Shown here one piece after another: positions 15,875 to 26,019 of a stretch of 64,000 nucleotides of DNA. Positions within the stretch are counted from its first letter, which is position 1, and every line of letters starts with the position of its first letter. Position numbers and translations under genes: made by a program. Source of the stretch: a virus. The stretch spans positions 241 to 64,240 of the IMG/VR virus record IMGVR_UViG_3300010383_000010; one strand, written 5' to 3'. The notes beneath the pieces are model-generated. The model ran no database searches and was not told the DNA's origin. It saw nothing but the letters and a program-made list of their open reading frames with translations.

Positions 15875-17962
15875 TTAAACATCGACAGTCCCAGTCAGCC
15901 CATCAGCGGAGATGACGAAGTTCGTGTTGGTGCCGCTGCGCTTGACGCCGTAGCCGGTCCCGTCGCCGCCAGTGTTACCACTGATACGCGCATAGTCGGT
16001 ATTGTTGATCTCGATCTTGTATGCCGCATCGGCTCCGTGGAACTTATTGTCTCTGATCCTTGCCCCTATGAGCGGGTCGGCATCGCTCACAGCATAGATG
16101 GCCTTTGATCCGCTGATCCCGGCGCCATTCTGCTCCATCCAGTTGTTGTCACAGGTGGGGTTGCAGGCCGTCTCCGCAGCACTTGTCTGGTAGAACATCA
16201 GCGTATTCAGGCTGTTGTTCGACTGCACGATATTGTCTTTGACAATCATACCAGCGGTGTCCTGCCACAGGCATGCCGTGCCAGTAGCCTCGGTGGCAAA
16301 CTCTGTGATATTTGCTACGAAGCGAGACGCTGTCGGGAAGTTGCCAGAGCCTGATGTACGTACACAGCGATAGTGACGTTTGTTGTCGAGAAAGTGATTC
16401 TTCTCGAAATCTACGGCATACCCCGCGCCGCGAAACTCGACGGCATAGTAGCCGTCCTCGACATACTTGAAGTTCCAGAACATGTTCTGGCTGATATCGA
16501 CCAGCTTGGAATTCCCACCAATGGTATACGCCTGAGCGGAGCCTGTAGCGTCGGAACCATCGAAGCCGATGTTATGCATAAACTGATGATAGCCCGCCTC
16601 CACGCCGCTGATCGCTGCATCGTGAGACAAAGCGGGACCATCGATCATCGCGGGGAATATGACAGACCAGCGAACACCAGCGCCGTCGATGTTGACGTAG
16701 ACGCGACCCTGGATCGTCGCCGTGACGATATAAGCGCCGGGATCGAGCCATGCCGAAATAAACCCTCTCGGATCGGCCATCTGCGCGATATCGAGCCACT
16801 TCTGCAAAGCAATCGTATTATCCGTGCCATAGGAGTAGGCGCCCGCGCTCGAAACCGTCGTACCGGCAGCGTCAGCCAATTCAACCGAGGTCGCGCTGTT
16901 GACGGAGGCAATCGTGGTGTAGAGCGTGGCGCCGGCCGCGCCTGCGTCATAGGCCACGAAGACCTTGCCGATATCGTCGCTCGTCCATGCTGCGCTGGCG
17001 GACGTATAGGTATTGTCGCCGGAGGAGATCGCCCCATCCGAACCGGCTACCCGGTCGCCGATCGCGCCAAACCACGAGGAGTGGACCTTGCCGTCAGTGT
17101 TCACCACCCATGCGCCAGAAGTGGCGGCGACCGCATTGGCCTTGGCGAACACACCTTCCGTAGTGTCGGCCGCGATCTGCGTGGAATAGTTGCCGGCCTT
17201 CCACGTCCAGAAACGGCCGTCTGCTGTCATTGCCGTGTTGTACCGGCTGACGCTGAGCGCCTTCACGGCGGCAACGGTGGTGCAGACGGGTGCGAGCAAG
17301 AGGGCAAGAGCGCTCGCCAACTTCGGTTCGGTGACGTCGCCGTCATTCAGCGCTACCGCCGTATCCTCCCAAACCGACCCCGAATAGGTTCGCCGCTTTC
17401 CGACCGTCGTGTTCCAGTATTCCGCACCGGTTATTGGAGCGCCGCCAGCGGCCGCAGTTGCCGCGGCGTCGTCTGCGAAGGCGCCGAGATAGATGGACTT
17501 GAACTCTGCCAGTGCAGCCTCGGCGGCCGCCTGGATCGCCGCGCTCGCCTGGTCCGACAGCAGCCGGAACGTCGTGCCGCTGATGTAGCCGGCCGCAACG
17601 GACCCGGCCTTCAGCCCGCCCGGCGCAACATCATTGCCGCTGTTGGTCTTAACCGTATAGACCGTGCCGCCGTTGAACTGCACGGTGACCGGCGAAGCCG
17701 TGTTGTCCGCGTAGATATTCACAGCTAGCAGCGCACCATTTGGCGTAGCGGGCAGCGCAACAGCGGTATCCGCCTTGATCGCGTTTGCCGTGCCGGCACC
17801 CGTATTAGACGCGGGAATGAAGTCATACAGGCCGCTAGCGTCGCCCGTGGCCATTGCGGCCAGCAATGCGCGGATTTCCTTCTTGAGCGGCTTCCACGCG
17901 CCACTGGACGGCACGCCATCGGTCACGAAGTCCCGAAAGACTTCATTCGCAGTCAAAGTCAT
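15875..17962 (-). CDS. Tail fibre/tailspike with C-terminal beta-helix (pectate-lyase-like) domain
   Basis: Conserved N-terminal anchor TANEVFRDFVTDGVPSSG; GAIGD..GTDNTIALQKWLD..GAYIV followed by Asn-rich beta-helix repeats. Confidence 0.85.
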   Translation of the reverse strand: MTLTANEVFRDFVTDGVPSSGAWKPLKKEIRALLAAMATGDASGLYDFIPASNTGAGTANAIKADTAVALPATPNGALLAVNIYADNTASPVTVQFNGGTVYTVKTNSGNDVAPGGLKAGSVAAGYISGTTFRLLSDQASAAIQAAAEAALAEFKSIYLGAFADDAAATAAAGGAPITGAEYWNTTVGKRRTYSGSVWEDTAVALNDGDVTEPKLASALALLLAPVCTTVAAVKALSVSRYNTAMTADGRFWTWKAGNYSTQIAADTTEGVFAKANAVAATSGAWVVNTDGKVHSSWFGAIGDRVAGSDGAISSGDNTYTSASAAWTSDDIGKVFVAYDAGAAGATLYTTIASVNSATSVELADAAGTTVSSAGAYSYGTDNTIALQKWLDIAQMADPRGFISAWLDPGAYIVTATIQGRVYVNIDGAGVRWSVIFPAMIDGPALSHDAAISGVEAGYHQFMHNIGFDGSDATGSAQAYTIGGNSKLVDISQNMFWNFKYVEDGYYAVEFRGAGYAVDFEKNHFLDNKRHYRCVRTSGSGNFPTASRFVANITEFATEATGTACLWQDTAGMIVKDNIVQSNNSLNTLMFYQTSAAETACNPTCDNNWMEQNGAGISGSKAIYAVSDADPLIGARIRDNKFHGADAAYKIEINNTDYARISGNTGGDGTGYGVKRSGTNTNFVISADGLTGTVDV

Positions 17963-18063
17963 ATTCAATTTTCCAATGGTTGTTGTGCCGCTTGGCGGCT
18001 AGCTACCGGGCACCGGCCCTGCCGCTCGGGGAGCGCGGGCCACGCGGCACAGGCAGCGTCGCG

Positions 18064-19809
18064 CTAGGCAGGCGTCGTTATCGTCGTGCTATCGGACCAG
18101 TCGCCGTCGCGGCCCTTTTCGGTCACGTAGCGAATCTGAAACTCGTATTCAGTTGCGGCGGACAGCGCCCAGCTATCAGCGGTTGTCGCGCCCGCTGTGA
18201 CGGGAATATCAATCCAAGCCGTGTCGGCGGTTGCTCTCCCGCGCGCTTCGATGTGAAGAATTGCGCTGGGCGCTGGCGAGAATGACAGCCGCGCTATCGG
18301 CCCGGCGATAAAGTCGACGTCCGGCGCGTCGGGCTTCGGCACGCTGTTATCGACCTCCGACTCGTCATATTCCGGCGCGTCGCCTTCTTCCTCTGCCGCG
18401 TTCCATTGATAGGCGGCCTCCGGCATGGATTGCACCTGCAACGTCACGCCGCGCAGAATGCCGCCTTCGCCAATGTCAAAGCGAAAGTCCTGCACCTCGA
18501 ACACCGAATTGATGCCTAGCGCCGGAAGGTTCACTCGCACAAACCGCTCGCCGAATGCCGCCAAAGCCTTCAAGTTGCATTGGAATGTGCCCACCCAAGT
18601 CGGATTGGCCCTAAACGCCGCAAGCTTCATCAGGCGACGCGCCTGGCTGTGCGACGGCGCCATGGGGAATTCCATGTCGCTGGCGATTTCCCCGCGCGCG
18701 CTTACGTCCGTGGCGTCAACCCAGGGATCGGCATCGGCCGCCTGATAATCCTGGCCAGGGTCAAGATACTTTGCCCGAATGGTGTTCGCGGTAGAAAGGA
18801 TATCCCGTCCGCGGCCTACCTCCGAAAAGCCCGTTATGCTGTCGTTATCCAGTGTAACGGTAGGTTCAGCCCACTGCCCGATATCGAGCGTCAGGCCGCC
18901 GTCAGGCGTCGGCACAAGCCGCCCGTCGCAACAGTTGAGCATACGCCCCACGACGTCGGCGGGCCGCTCTTCCAGCGTATAAGACCCCCACAGGCGATAG
19001 CGCGCCTCGGTGCCTTCCTTGGTGGTGATGATATCAGCCGCGCGGTTATACGCTGCCGCCCAACCGGCAGCAGCAAGCGGCGTGGCTATAATGCTTGCCG
19101 GCAGCCGCATGCCTTCCGCATGCGTGATGTAATCGCGAATGACGGCCGCCGCATTATCGTTCCATGCGTCAACGCCAGTCACCGGGTGGGTGACAATCGC
19201 GCCGCGCAGCACAAGACGGTAATTGGTGTTGATGCCGTTCGGAAACGTCGACAGATAGTCCTTGTCTTCAACGGCGCGTTGAATGGCACACAGCGACGCA
19301 ACACCATCGCCACGATGCGCGGTCGTCCATTCGGGGAATCTTTCCGTTAGTATGGAATAGGAGGTCTCCGTCGCCGCACCAAGTCGCGTTTGAATGTTGC
19401 AATGACCGGCCACGGCGCCGCTTGTTACGTCGCCCGTGCTGTCAAGATTGACGCCCTCGTCATCCACCCAATAGTTCTCGATGCCGTCGATAGGCCCGAC
19501 GCCGATCGCCAGAAGCTTATAAAAATTGCCGCCCTTTGATTCCGCAAATACCCACGGGCCGCTTACCTTGACGCGCCCATAGTGGCGCACACGCGGCTGT
19601 GTCGGCTGGCGTGTGGATTGCTGGACATCCTCCGGCTTCGGTGCCTTTGGGCCGAAAACCGAGTTGGCGAGGTAGGACAGGCCGATGGAAAGGCCGATCT
19701 GGATGGCGCCAACCACGGTAGGAACAACGATGCCAAGCGCCGCGCCCCCAAGCCCCAGCGACGTAAATGTCGATAGCACCAAGGCCGTAAGCGAAAACGG
19801 CATACGCAT
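18064..19809 (-). CDS. Tail tip/host-specificity protein (GTA-like), FN3-like C-terminus
   Basis: PRVRHYGRVKVSG, NAAAVIRDY, YRLWGSY; EYEFQIRYV..G..GDWS. Confidence 0.8.
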   Translation of the reverse strand: MRMPFSLTALVLSTFTSLGLGGAALGIVVPTVVGAIQIGLSIGLSYLANSVFGPKAPKPEDVQQSTRQPTQPRVRHYGRVKVSGPWVFAESKGGNFYKLLAIGVGPIDGIENYWVDDEGVNLDSTGDVTSGAVAGHCNIQTRLGAATETSYSILTERFPEWTTAHRGDGVASLCAIQRAVEDKDYLSTFPNGINTNYRLVLRGAIVTHPVTGVDAWNDNAAAVIRDYITHAEGMRLPASIIATPLAAAGWAAAYNRAADIITTKEGTEARYRLWGSYTLEERPADVVGRMLNCCDGRLVPTPDGGLTLDIGQWAEPTVTLDNDSITGFSEVGRGRDILSTANTIRAKYLDPGQDYQAADADPWVDATDVSARGEIASDMEFPMAPSHSQARRLMKLAAFRANPTWVGTFQCNLKALAAFGERFVRVNLPALGINSVFEVQDFRFDIGEGGILRGVTLQVQSMPEAAYQWNAAEEEGDAPEYDESEVDNSVPKPDAPDVDFIAGPIARLSFSPAPSAILHIEARGRATADTAWIDIPVTAGATTADSWALSAATEYEFQIRYVTEKGRDGDWSDSTTITTPA

Positions 19810-19857
19810 GATGCGGCCGCCAAGCGACGGCCAGTCGCCGTTCATATTTGGCCGCAT

Positions 19858-20286
19858 CTAGTTAAGCCTCATCATATAGCGACGCTCAATCGGCTCAAAA
19901 CCGGTGCGCCGCACGATCCTGTCGACTGCCGCTTGCCGCTCGTTGTCGAGCGTCGAAAGCATGATTGCGGTTGCACCCAAGGCGCGCGATTGCGACACGA
20001 ACTCGCGCAGCAAGTCGCGCCCGCCACCGCCGGCCCACCAGAAGGCCTCTTCCATGATGAGCGCGCCTGCCTGAAACCAGCCGGGAGACAGGACACCGCC
20101 GATTGCGCCCTTACCGTTGGTGAGCACCAGGCCGCGCGGCGAATGGATAAGTTGGCGCAGCAGTTGCACCGCCGCCGCCTCGTCCAAATCGCCCACGCCG
20201 GCATAAGCATAGGCGTGGAACTCTCGACCCATAGCCAAAAGCGCGGGCACGTCGCTTTCGACGGCCCGGCGAATATCGCCAGTCAT
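19858..20286 (-). CDS. GNAT-family acetyltransferase in tail module
   Basis: IRRAVESDVPALL start, EEAFWWA, GGGRDLLREF, RTGFEPIERRY. Confidence 0.78.
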   Translation of the reverse strand: MTGDIRRAVESDVPALLAMGREFHAYAYAGVGDLDEAAAVQLLRQLIHSPRGLVLTNGKGAIGGVLSPGWFQAGALIMEEAFWWAGGGGRDLLREFVSQSRALGATAIMLSTLDNERQAAVDRIVRRTGFEPIERRYMMRLN

Positions 20287-20317
20287 GCGGTGGTTCCTTT
20301 GGCTAGCCGCCTACCGG

Positions 20318-20911
20318 CTAATAATCAGGGTAGACGAACGTCTTGAACAACAGCGAAGGCGCGTACTGAAAGAACTTATCCCCCGCGCTACGCGACTGCT
20401 GATCGCGGTCGGTGTACCGACCGTAAGGCGGACGCGAGCGGTTAAAGAATGCGTTCTCCGCCGTCATAGTAATCGACTGGATTGCGCCGGTAACGTCGTC
20501 GCTCTGCGAGCGCGATATGCGTGGGGGTTGGCAAAATCCAAACCACAACGGAATAGGCGCGCCAACCGGTTGCCACTCTTCGTCGAATAGTTGGAGCAAC
20601 ACGGTTACAGGCTGCTGCTGCACGTCCGGCGTTGCCTCCAGCGCCTTTGCCAGTAAATCCGTCGCCTGGTCCGGCAATCCGTTAAGCGTTAGCGTAATGG
20701 CCGTCGACGCCGTGCCGGTAGGAACCGACAGGCCTTCAATCTGCGCGCCGCCATATGCGGGCGACCAAGTCTGGCCGCCGCTAACCAGTGGCGTGTTGCC
20801 GTTCCAGTAATAAACGGTGCCCGACTTAAATTCGAGTTTGAGCAAGAAATCTGCCCTGACTACGGAAGCGGACAGGATTGCTATTTGTTCTGGCGTGAAG
20901 AATGCGGACAT
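20318..20911 (-). CDS. Minor tail protein
   Basis: LKLEFKSGTVYYWNG...RYTDRDQQSRSAGDKFFQY; tail-module position. Confidence 0.8.
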   Translation of the reverse strand: MSAFFTPEQIAILSASVVRADFLLKLEFKSGTVYYWNGNTPLVSGGQTWSPAYGGAQIEGLSVPTGTASTAITLTLNGLPDQATDLLAKALEATPDVQQQPVTVLLQLFDEEWQPVGAPIPLWFGFCQPPRISRSQSDDVTGAIQSITMTAENAFFNRSRPPYGRYTDRDQQSRSAGDKFFQYAPSLLFKTFVYPDY

Positions 20912-20918
20912 GCACCAC

Positions 20919-21908
20919 CTATGCGGTGGAAGCACCACCGTCTAATTCATCAGGAAAATTTAGATAGCAGTCTCGGCCCCACGCCTCGAATGCGGCTTTA
21001 TCATAAGCGCGGGCGGCGGCCTCCGGAGTCGAGAATGTACCCAAGTGCGATATCTCGCCATCGATGCTTATGCGCGCAAACCATTTATTTTTGCTCTTAT
21101 ATGCACCTCTATATCCAATCCTTGGCGGAAGCATTCTCCTTGCGCGTAAGTGACGCGCGCGTGCCGCAGGCTCTTGCCATGACGAGGCAGTTGCCGCACT
21201 CCGTCGCTCCTTCTCCTCTGGCTGCTTCAAGGCCTCCCGTATTTTTTTACTGCGGGCTGCGCGGTTTGCCGGAACGCGCCATTCCGTCTTCATTTTTTCG
21301 CTTAGCTCGGTTTTGCGATTTTCATCAAAGGAGGCAATTATGCCGGCGATCCTCTTTTTTCTGACGGCATCATCTTGCCACGCGCCCTTTAGCTTTTGCC
21401 GCGTCTCATCGCTTGGCAATCTCCCCGTGTTGGCCTCCGATATTCTCAAGCGATGCCAATCTTCTATAATTTTACCGCGTGACGCATTTCCTATCTTAAT
21501 GCGGGCTTCATCGCTGACCGGCTTGCCTCGCTGTGCGTCTGCCATCTTCTTCTTTGTATCTTCGCCAACAATACGCCCGGACGTCCCTTCGCCGCCGTCC
21601 GTTAGGTTCGTGAGTATTCCTGTGCCGTTGTTCCGCCGCCCGAATAAAGCTATATACGCCACTTCAAGAGCGAATGCGTCATGCTCGCGAAGGTGTTCGT
21701 GCCATCTGACCACGCGGGGCGTGTTGCCTTCGCGTTCGATTTTCCTAATCGTATTCATGAAAATACGATTGCAGTATTTTAGCGACGTATCTCGTCGCCC
21801 GTGTCCCTTTCCTATATAGAAAGGATCCCCGTTCGGTCTTAACCACGCATAGACGTAAAAGTCGTGATGATTATCATTTGCCGCAATGGGCGGCTTTCGT
21901 TCCGTCAT
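20919..21908 (-). CDS. Free-standing GIY-YIG homing endonuclease with NUMOD3-like repeats and AP2 domain
   Basis: FYVYAW..FYIGKG, NLTDGGEGTSG, SDEARIKIG/SDETRQKL repeats, YRGAYK..KWFARI..HLGTF.TPEAAARAYD. Confidence 0.88.
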   Translation of the reverse strand: MTERKPPIAANDNHHDFYVYAWLRPNGDPFYIGKGHGRRDTSLKYCNRIFMNTIRKIEREGNTPRVVRWHEHLREHDAFALEVAYIALFGRRNNGTGILTNLTDGGEGTSGRIVGEDTKKKMADAQRGKPVSDEARIKIGNASRGKIIEDWHRLRISEANTGRLPSDETRQKLKGAWQDDAVRKKRIAGIIASFDENRKTELSEKMKTEWRVPANRAARSKKIREALKQPEEKERRSAATASSWQEPAARARHLRARRMLPPRIGYRGAYKSKNKWFARISIDGEISHLGTFSTPEAAARAYDKAAFEAWGRDCYLNFPDELDGGASTA

Positions 21909-22026
21909 AGCAAGTATCCCTCTTGCGTATCCATGTGGTGCCACGGCAGGCGCTGGATGGGCGCTTTTCGACTGGCCGGTCTAGCCGTGGCGTTGGTAAT
22001 ATAGGATTATCGCTGCACGGAGGCAA

Positions 22027-22686
22027 TCACAGCGCCTCGATAAATTCAACGCTGGGAGTTGCGAAACGCCTCATGGAAAGATCAAGCGACATTCCATCAT
22101 CGCTCGCCAACCTCATTAGGCAAACAGGATCATCGAACTCCAAATTCGTCCCGCTCGGCACGGCCTCCCGCAACGGCGGGCGGAACGTTATGGCGCCCGT
22201 ATCGGTGTCAAACGTGCGTACCCTGTAAAGTCTGCCATCCACGCTGAAGTGCATACCCGGCTCTATCGTGCCGGCATAGTTCACCTGCACAAAGCCCGAC
22301 ACAGCGCGCGCCGCCCAACCGCCTACCGTCACAACGTCAATGACGCGCCCCACATAGCCGCTGTCATCGCTAAAGAACGCGTCGTCGCTATGCGGCACGG
22401 CTTCGTAGAGTCCATCCGCACCGCTTGGCACAGGCTGGTATCCGCGGCAGATTGGCACCAGGATCGTGCCAAGCCGGCCCTCTAATAGGTTGGCAACTGC
22501 CCGCCACGCCAACACCGCTTCGCGCTTGCTAATGATGACGTTCCCGAGCGTTACACTCCAAATGCCCGCATCCGATGCCACCACCTGCGCGACGCCGCTA
22601 ACAGACGGCGGCGCCGACAGCGTGCGCGGCTTCAAATCGAGCGCAAGATTCTGGCACCGCAAAGTTGACGGCCATCGTATTGTCAT
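22027..22686 (-). CDS. Distal tail protein
   Basis: Follows tape measure; TFRPPLREAV..LEFDDPVCLMRL. Confidence 0.75.
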   Translation of the reverse strand: MTIRWPSTLRCQNLALDLKPRTLSAPPSVSGVAQVVASDAGIWSVTLGNVIISKREAVLAWRAVANLLEGRLGTILVPICRGYQPVPSGADGLYEAVPHSDDAFFSDDSGYVGRVIDVVTVGGWAARAVSGFVQVNYAGTIEPGMHFSVDGRLYRVRTFDTDTGAITFRPPLREAVPSGTNLEFDDPVCLMRLASDDGMSLDLSMRRFATPSVEFIEAL

Positions 22687-22717
22687 TCTGTTTTCCTATT
22701 GGCGGCCGACAGGCGCG

Positions 22718-25700
22718 CTACATACGGCGCGCCTGCGTATCCGCAATCATGCCAGGCATCTGCTGCTTCACGGCTTTGGTGGATGCCTGCACGATGGCTG
22801 GCGACGCCTGCCTTACGGTTGAGCGCGAAACGCTCTCAACAAACGGCAAGAGGTTGCCATTGTTGTCGGCGCTGACGCCAACCGTGATATGCAGGCCATC
22901 TATAGTCCCGCCGTTGCCGCCGCCACCGCCAACACTTCCGCCGCCCGCATATCCGCCGCGCGCGAACCCGCGCCTGGCGACATTATGCAGCCTTTCCAGG
23001 TTTCTCGGCCCGATGGCTTTTGTGGCCTCCGACGAAAAGACGTATTCGCCTTTGTGGACAATGCCGGCAGGATCGTATTTACCGCCCTTGCCGGTATAGC
23101 CGCCGTCGTCAAACAGTCCGATATACCCGCCGGGATTCGCCGACAGCCAGGAGAACGCAGACGTTCCACTAAACGCCGAATTCAACCCGCCGCCGAATAG
23201 CGAACTAAGCCAGCTTCCGCCGCCACCGCCTGACGGGGCGGAAGGGAATTGATTCAGCGCGTTGCCGAACTTCCCCATACCCGTGCCGAGGTCACCAAGA
23301 CCCTTTGCGGCGGTTGTCGTGCCGGCCGTCAGTTTACTAATGGCGACAGAAGCAGTCTTGGCGGAACGATCAATGCCATCAAAACCAGTGATGCCTTGGC
23401 CTTTTGCCCCAAACCAGGCGCCCCAACCGTTTTGCTTTGCGTGGTTTAGGGCAAAAGCCGTGGACTGTTGCCAATTCGCAGGGTCGGATGGATCTAGCCC
23501 GGTTTGCGCTTGGAACGCATTGCCGAGCCCCGTTCCAAAGCCCGTTCCCTTCCCGCCTTTGAGTAACTGGAATGGTCCGAATGATGGCTCGCGAAAACCA
23601 CCCTTCATGTAATTGGACTGCCAGATGCCAGCGCCCAAGCCTTCCGACTTGGCCACCTTCAGAGCCGTGGACGGATCGATGCCGATAGCGGCTGCGTACT
23701 GTTTGATAAAGTTCGTGGCATTGCCGACGCTGTATGCCGCACCTGTCGAAGTCCCGCCGCCACTAAACGCCTTTGTGACGCCAGACGATACGGCGTTTGT
23801 TACAACGCTTGCCGCGCCACTGGTGCCGCTGGTCTTCAACCCATTCAGGCCGAACATCTGGCCAACCAAGCCGCCAACGGAGTTGCCGTTTGTCGGCTGC
23901 CCGCCAAACAGGCTCGCAAGCGGTCCCTGCCCAAGCAGTACCGCTTTAATTACGGCCTCGGCTAATGCGGCTGTGACTCGCTTTAGGGCTTTCTCAAGCC
24001 CATCAGCACCGCTGGTAATGTCGTCCAGAACGCCGGTCGTCAAATCGCCAAAGAATTGCGCGCGCTCGTTGAGGTCGTCTTGTGCCTGTTGCGCCTTCCG
24101 CAACTCCTCTGCCTGTGCGGCGTATGCGCTTGACACCTCGTCAATCGCCCTTACCTGCTCAGAACTAAGCTGCTTGTTTTGCCAATCCTGGTCGCCCTTG
24201 CGCCGGGCTTCTTCACGGACCTCCTTTAGCGCCTTCTGCTCAAGGTCGAACGCCGTCTTCCGCTTGGCTTGTGCCTCGTACGACTGCCCAACCATGGCCG
24301 TCTCTTCGGCCAGCGCTTGTGTGCGCGCGCGGATTGCATCGATGTCCTCGAAGAAGCGCGAATCGGCGGTGCGCGTCCTAGCCTTCTTAACTGTACGCTT
24401 GTCGTTGGCCGCGCCAACATCTTCGCGGTTGGGTGCGGGCGACGGCGTAAACTCAGCGCCGCGACGCTGCGCGTCCTCAATAGCCCTGTCGGTTGCAATG
24501 CCGATCGGGTTGACGTGTCGCCCATTAGGCGAGCCGCCGGTCGCTGCATAGGCGTCGGAAACGGCTTGCGACGCACCGCGCGCCTCAAGGACAATGGCCT
24601 TAAGCCCGTCGATAATTCCGGCGAACGACGGATTGGCGCGCTCAAGTTTGGCAAGCGCGGCGCCGATCTCGTCGACGCTCATCGTGCCGTCTTTGGCGCC
24701 GTCGAAAATCTTCTGAAGCTCCTTCTGGAGCGGTTCAGAATTTACGTCGGCCATGGCGCGATTGAACTTGTCAATCGTATCGGCAATTTCGTCGACCGGA
24801 GCGGACAAGCCGGGGATTGTCGCTGCGGTGTTCGCCGCTTCAAGCGCAAGTCCACGAAGCGCATCGCGCGCCGAAGCCAGTTTCGGATTGACAGAGGCTA
24901 TCTCGTCAATTTTCGCAATGAACGCCTTAACGTCATTGGTATTCGCGAGGTCTTCAAGCGCCTGCTTGAACGGTTCGAATTGCGACTGCAGGACGCGCTT
25001 AAGCGGACCTTGCGAACCAGCCCCGCCGCCAACTGTCTTATAGACAGAGTCGAAAATACCCTTGATTTGCGTCGCCAGCAAATCCTTGGCGTCTTGCACA
25101 TCCTTGTCGTTTAGCGCGTTAACCGAACCCGCAGACAGCGCCGCATAATTGCGCTTCTTTGCGGCAGCTTCATCCCACGCGTCGCCAAGAAGCTTAACGT
25201 TGCCGTCATGCGACTTAATGATGTCGTCGAGTGATTTGATTTGGCTTCCGCCAGCCACAGCGTAGGCCGCGAGCGCGACGCCAGCCGCAGCCATTGCCGC
25301 CGTGGCGAGTGGGAAACGCGTAGCGAGTGAGGCGACTTGCGTTCCTAGCGCCTTAAGGCTACCGCGAACGCCGCCCTGCCCCTGCTCCAGCGCATCGTAA
25401 ATCTGACCGGCCTGCGACGCGAAGATTTGCATCGGCGGTGCGCCAAGGGCAAACATCGTAATGACGTCGTTTCCCTGCCGCGACAGGTTGAGCATCTGCG
25501 TCGACGTCAGTTTCGCAACTGCGCCGGTTTCCTTTAACCCTTTGTTGGCAGCACCGATATACGTCACGCGGCTGGCAAACGCAGCCTTTTCGGACGTAAT
25601 CGCCGCAGCCATCTCGTTGGTGCTAATCGCGCCGATGGCGTGCGCGGTCTTAATGTCCTTCAGGTTGGCGAGGTACTGCTGTTGCGCCGCATACAGCGGA

Positions 25701-25981
25701 TTGTATTTCTTGCGCAGATCGTCGAGCGCCTTGCCTTGCTGCGCAAGCGCACCCTGCCACTCCTTCGCGCCCTTACTGGCTACACCAACCATTTCGTTGA
25801 TGCGCTTCTGCACACCGGTCGTATTAATCGACTTGTCGATAGCACGGCCCGTGGACTCCCACGTCTTTTGCACGCCATTCGTTGCCGACGTAACCGACTG
25901 CCCAAGTTCGCGCAACTGGCGCTTAATCTGCGTCAGGTCGGTGCTGACACTAATCAGAATGTCGTCGTCTTTACCGGCCAT
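22718..25981 (-). CDS. Tape measure protein with lysozyme-like insert
   Basis: 1087 aa, Ala-rich coiled coil; NLSRQGNDVITMF..PPMQIFASQAGQI; C-terminal FDDGGYTG..PAGIVHKGEYVF. Confidence 0.92.
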   Translation of the reverse strand: MAGKDDDILISVSTDLTQIKRQLRELGQSVTSATNGVQKTWESTGRAIDKSINTTGVQKRINEMVGVASKGAKEWQGALAQQGKALDDLRKKYNPLYAAQQQYLANLKDIKTAHAIGAISTNEMAAAITSEKAAFASRVTYIGAANKGLKETGAVAKLTSTQMLNLSRQGNDVITMFALGAPPMQIFASQAGQIYDALEQGQGGVRGSLKALGTQVASLATRFPLATAAMAAAGVALAAYAVAGGSQIKSLDDIIKSHDGNVKLLGDAWDEAAAKKRNYAALSAGSVNALNDKDVQDAKDLLATQIKGIFDSVYKTVGGGAGSQGPLKRVLQSQFEPFKQALEDLANTNDVKAFIAKIDEIASVNPKLASARDALRGLALEAANTAATIPGLSAPVDEIADTIDKFNRAMADVNSEPLQKELQKIFDGAKDGTMSVDEIGAALAKLERANPSFAGIIDGLKAIVLEARGASQAVSDAYAATGGSPNGRHVNPIGIATDRAIEDAQRRGAEFTPSPAPNREDVGAANDKRTVKKARTRTADSRFFEDIDAIRARTQALAEETAMVGQSYEAQAKRKTAFDLEQKALKEVREEARRKGDQDWQNKQLSSEQVRAIDEVSSAYAAQAEELRKAQQAQDDLNERAQFFGDLTTGVLDDITSGADGLEKALKRVTAALAEAVIKAVLLGQGPLASLFGGQPTNGNSVGGLVGQMFGLNGLKTSGTSGAASVVTNAVSSGVTKAFSGGGTSTGAAYSVGNATNFIKQYAAAIGIDPSTALKVAKSEGLGAGIWQSNYMKGGFREPSFGPFQLLKGGKGTGFGTGLGNAFQAQTGLDPSDPANWQQSTAFALNHAKQNGWGAWFGAKGQGITGFDGIDRSAKTASVAISKLTAGTTTAAKGLGDLGTGMGKFGNALNQFPSAPSGGGGGSWLSSLFGGGLNSAFSGTSAFSWLSANPGGYIGLFDDGGYTGKGGKYDPAGIVHKGEYVFSSEATKAIGPRNLERLHNVARRGFARGGYAGGGSVGGGGGNGGTIDGLHITVGVSADNNGNLLPFVESVSRSTVRQASPAIVQASTKAVKQQMPGMIADTQARRM

Positions 25982-26019
25982 GTTTTTTCCTGTATAAGAC
26001 GCGCAATGGAGGCTTGGTT

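Noticed and set aside
16373-17728. Long plus-strand ORFs opposite structural genes (e.g. 16373-17728, 23613-24551, 55527-56906)
   Set aside because: Antisense shadows of GC-rich genes, with no motifs or RBS
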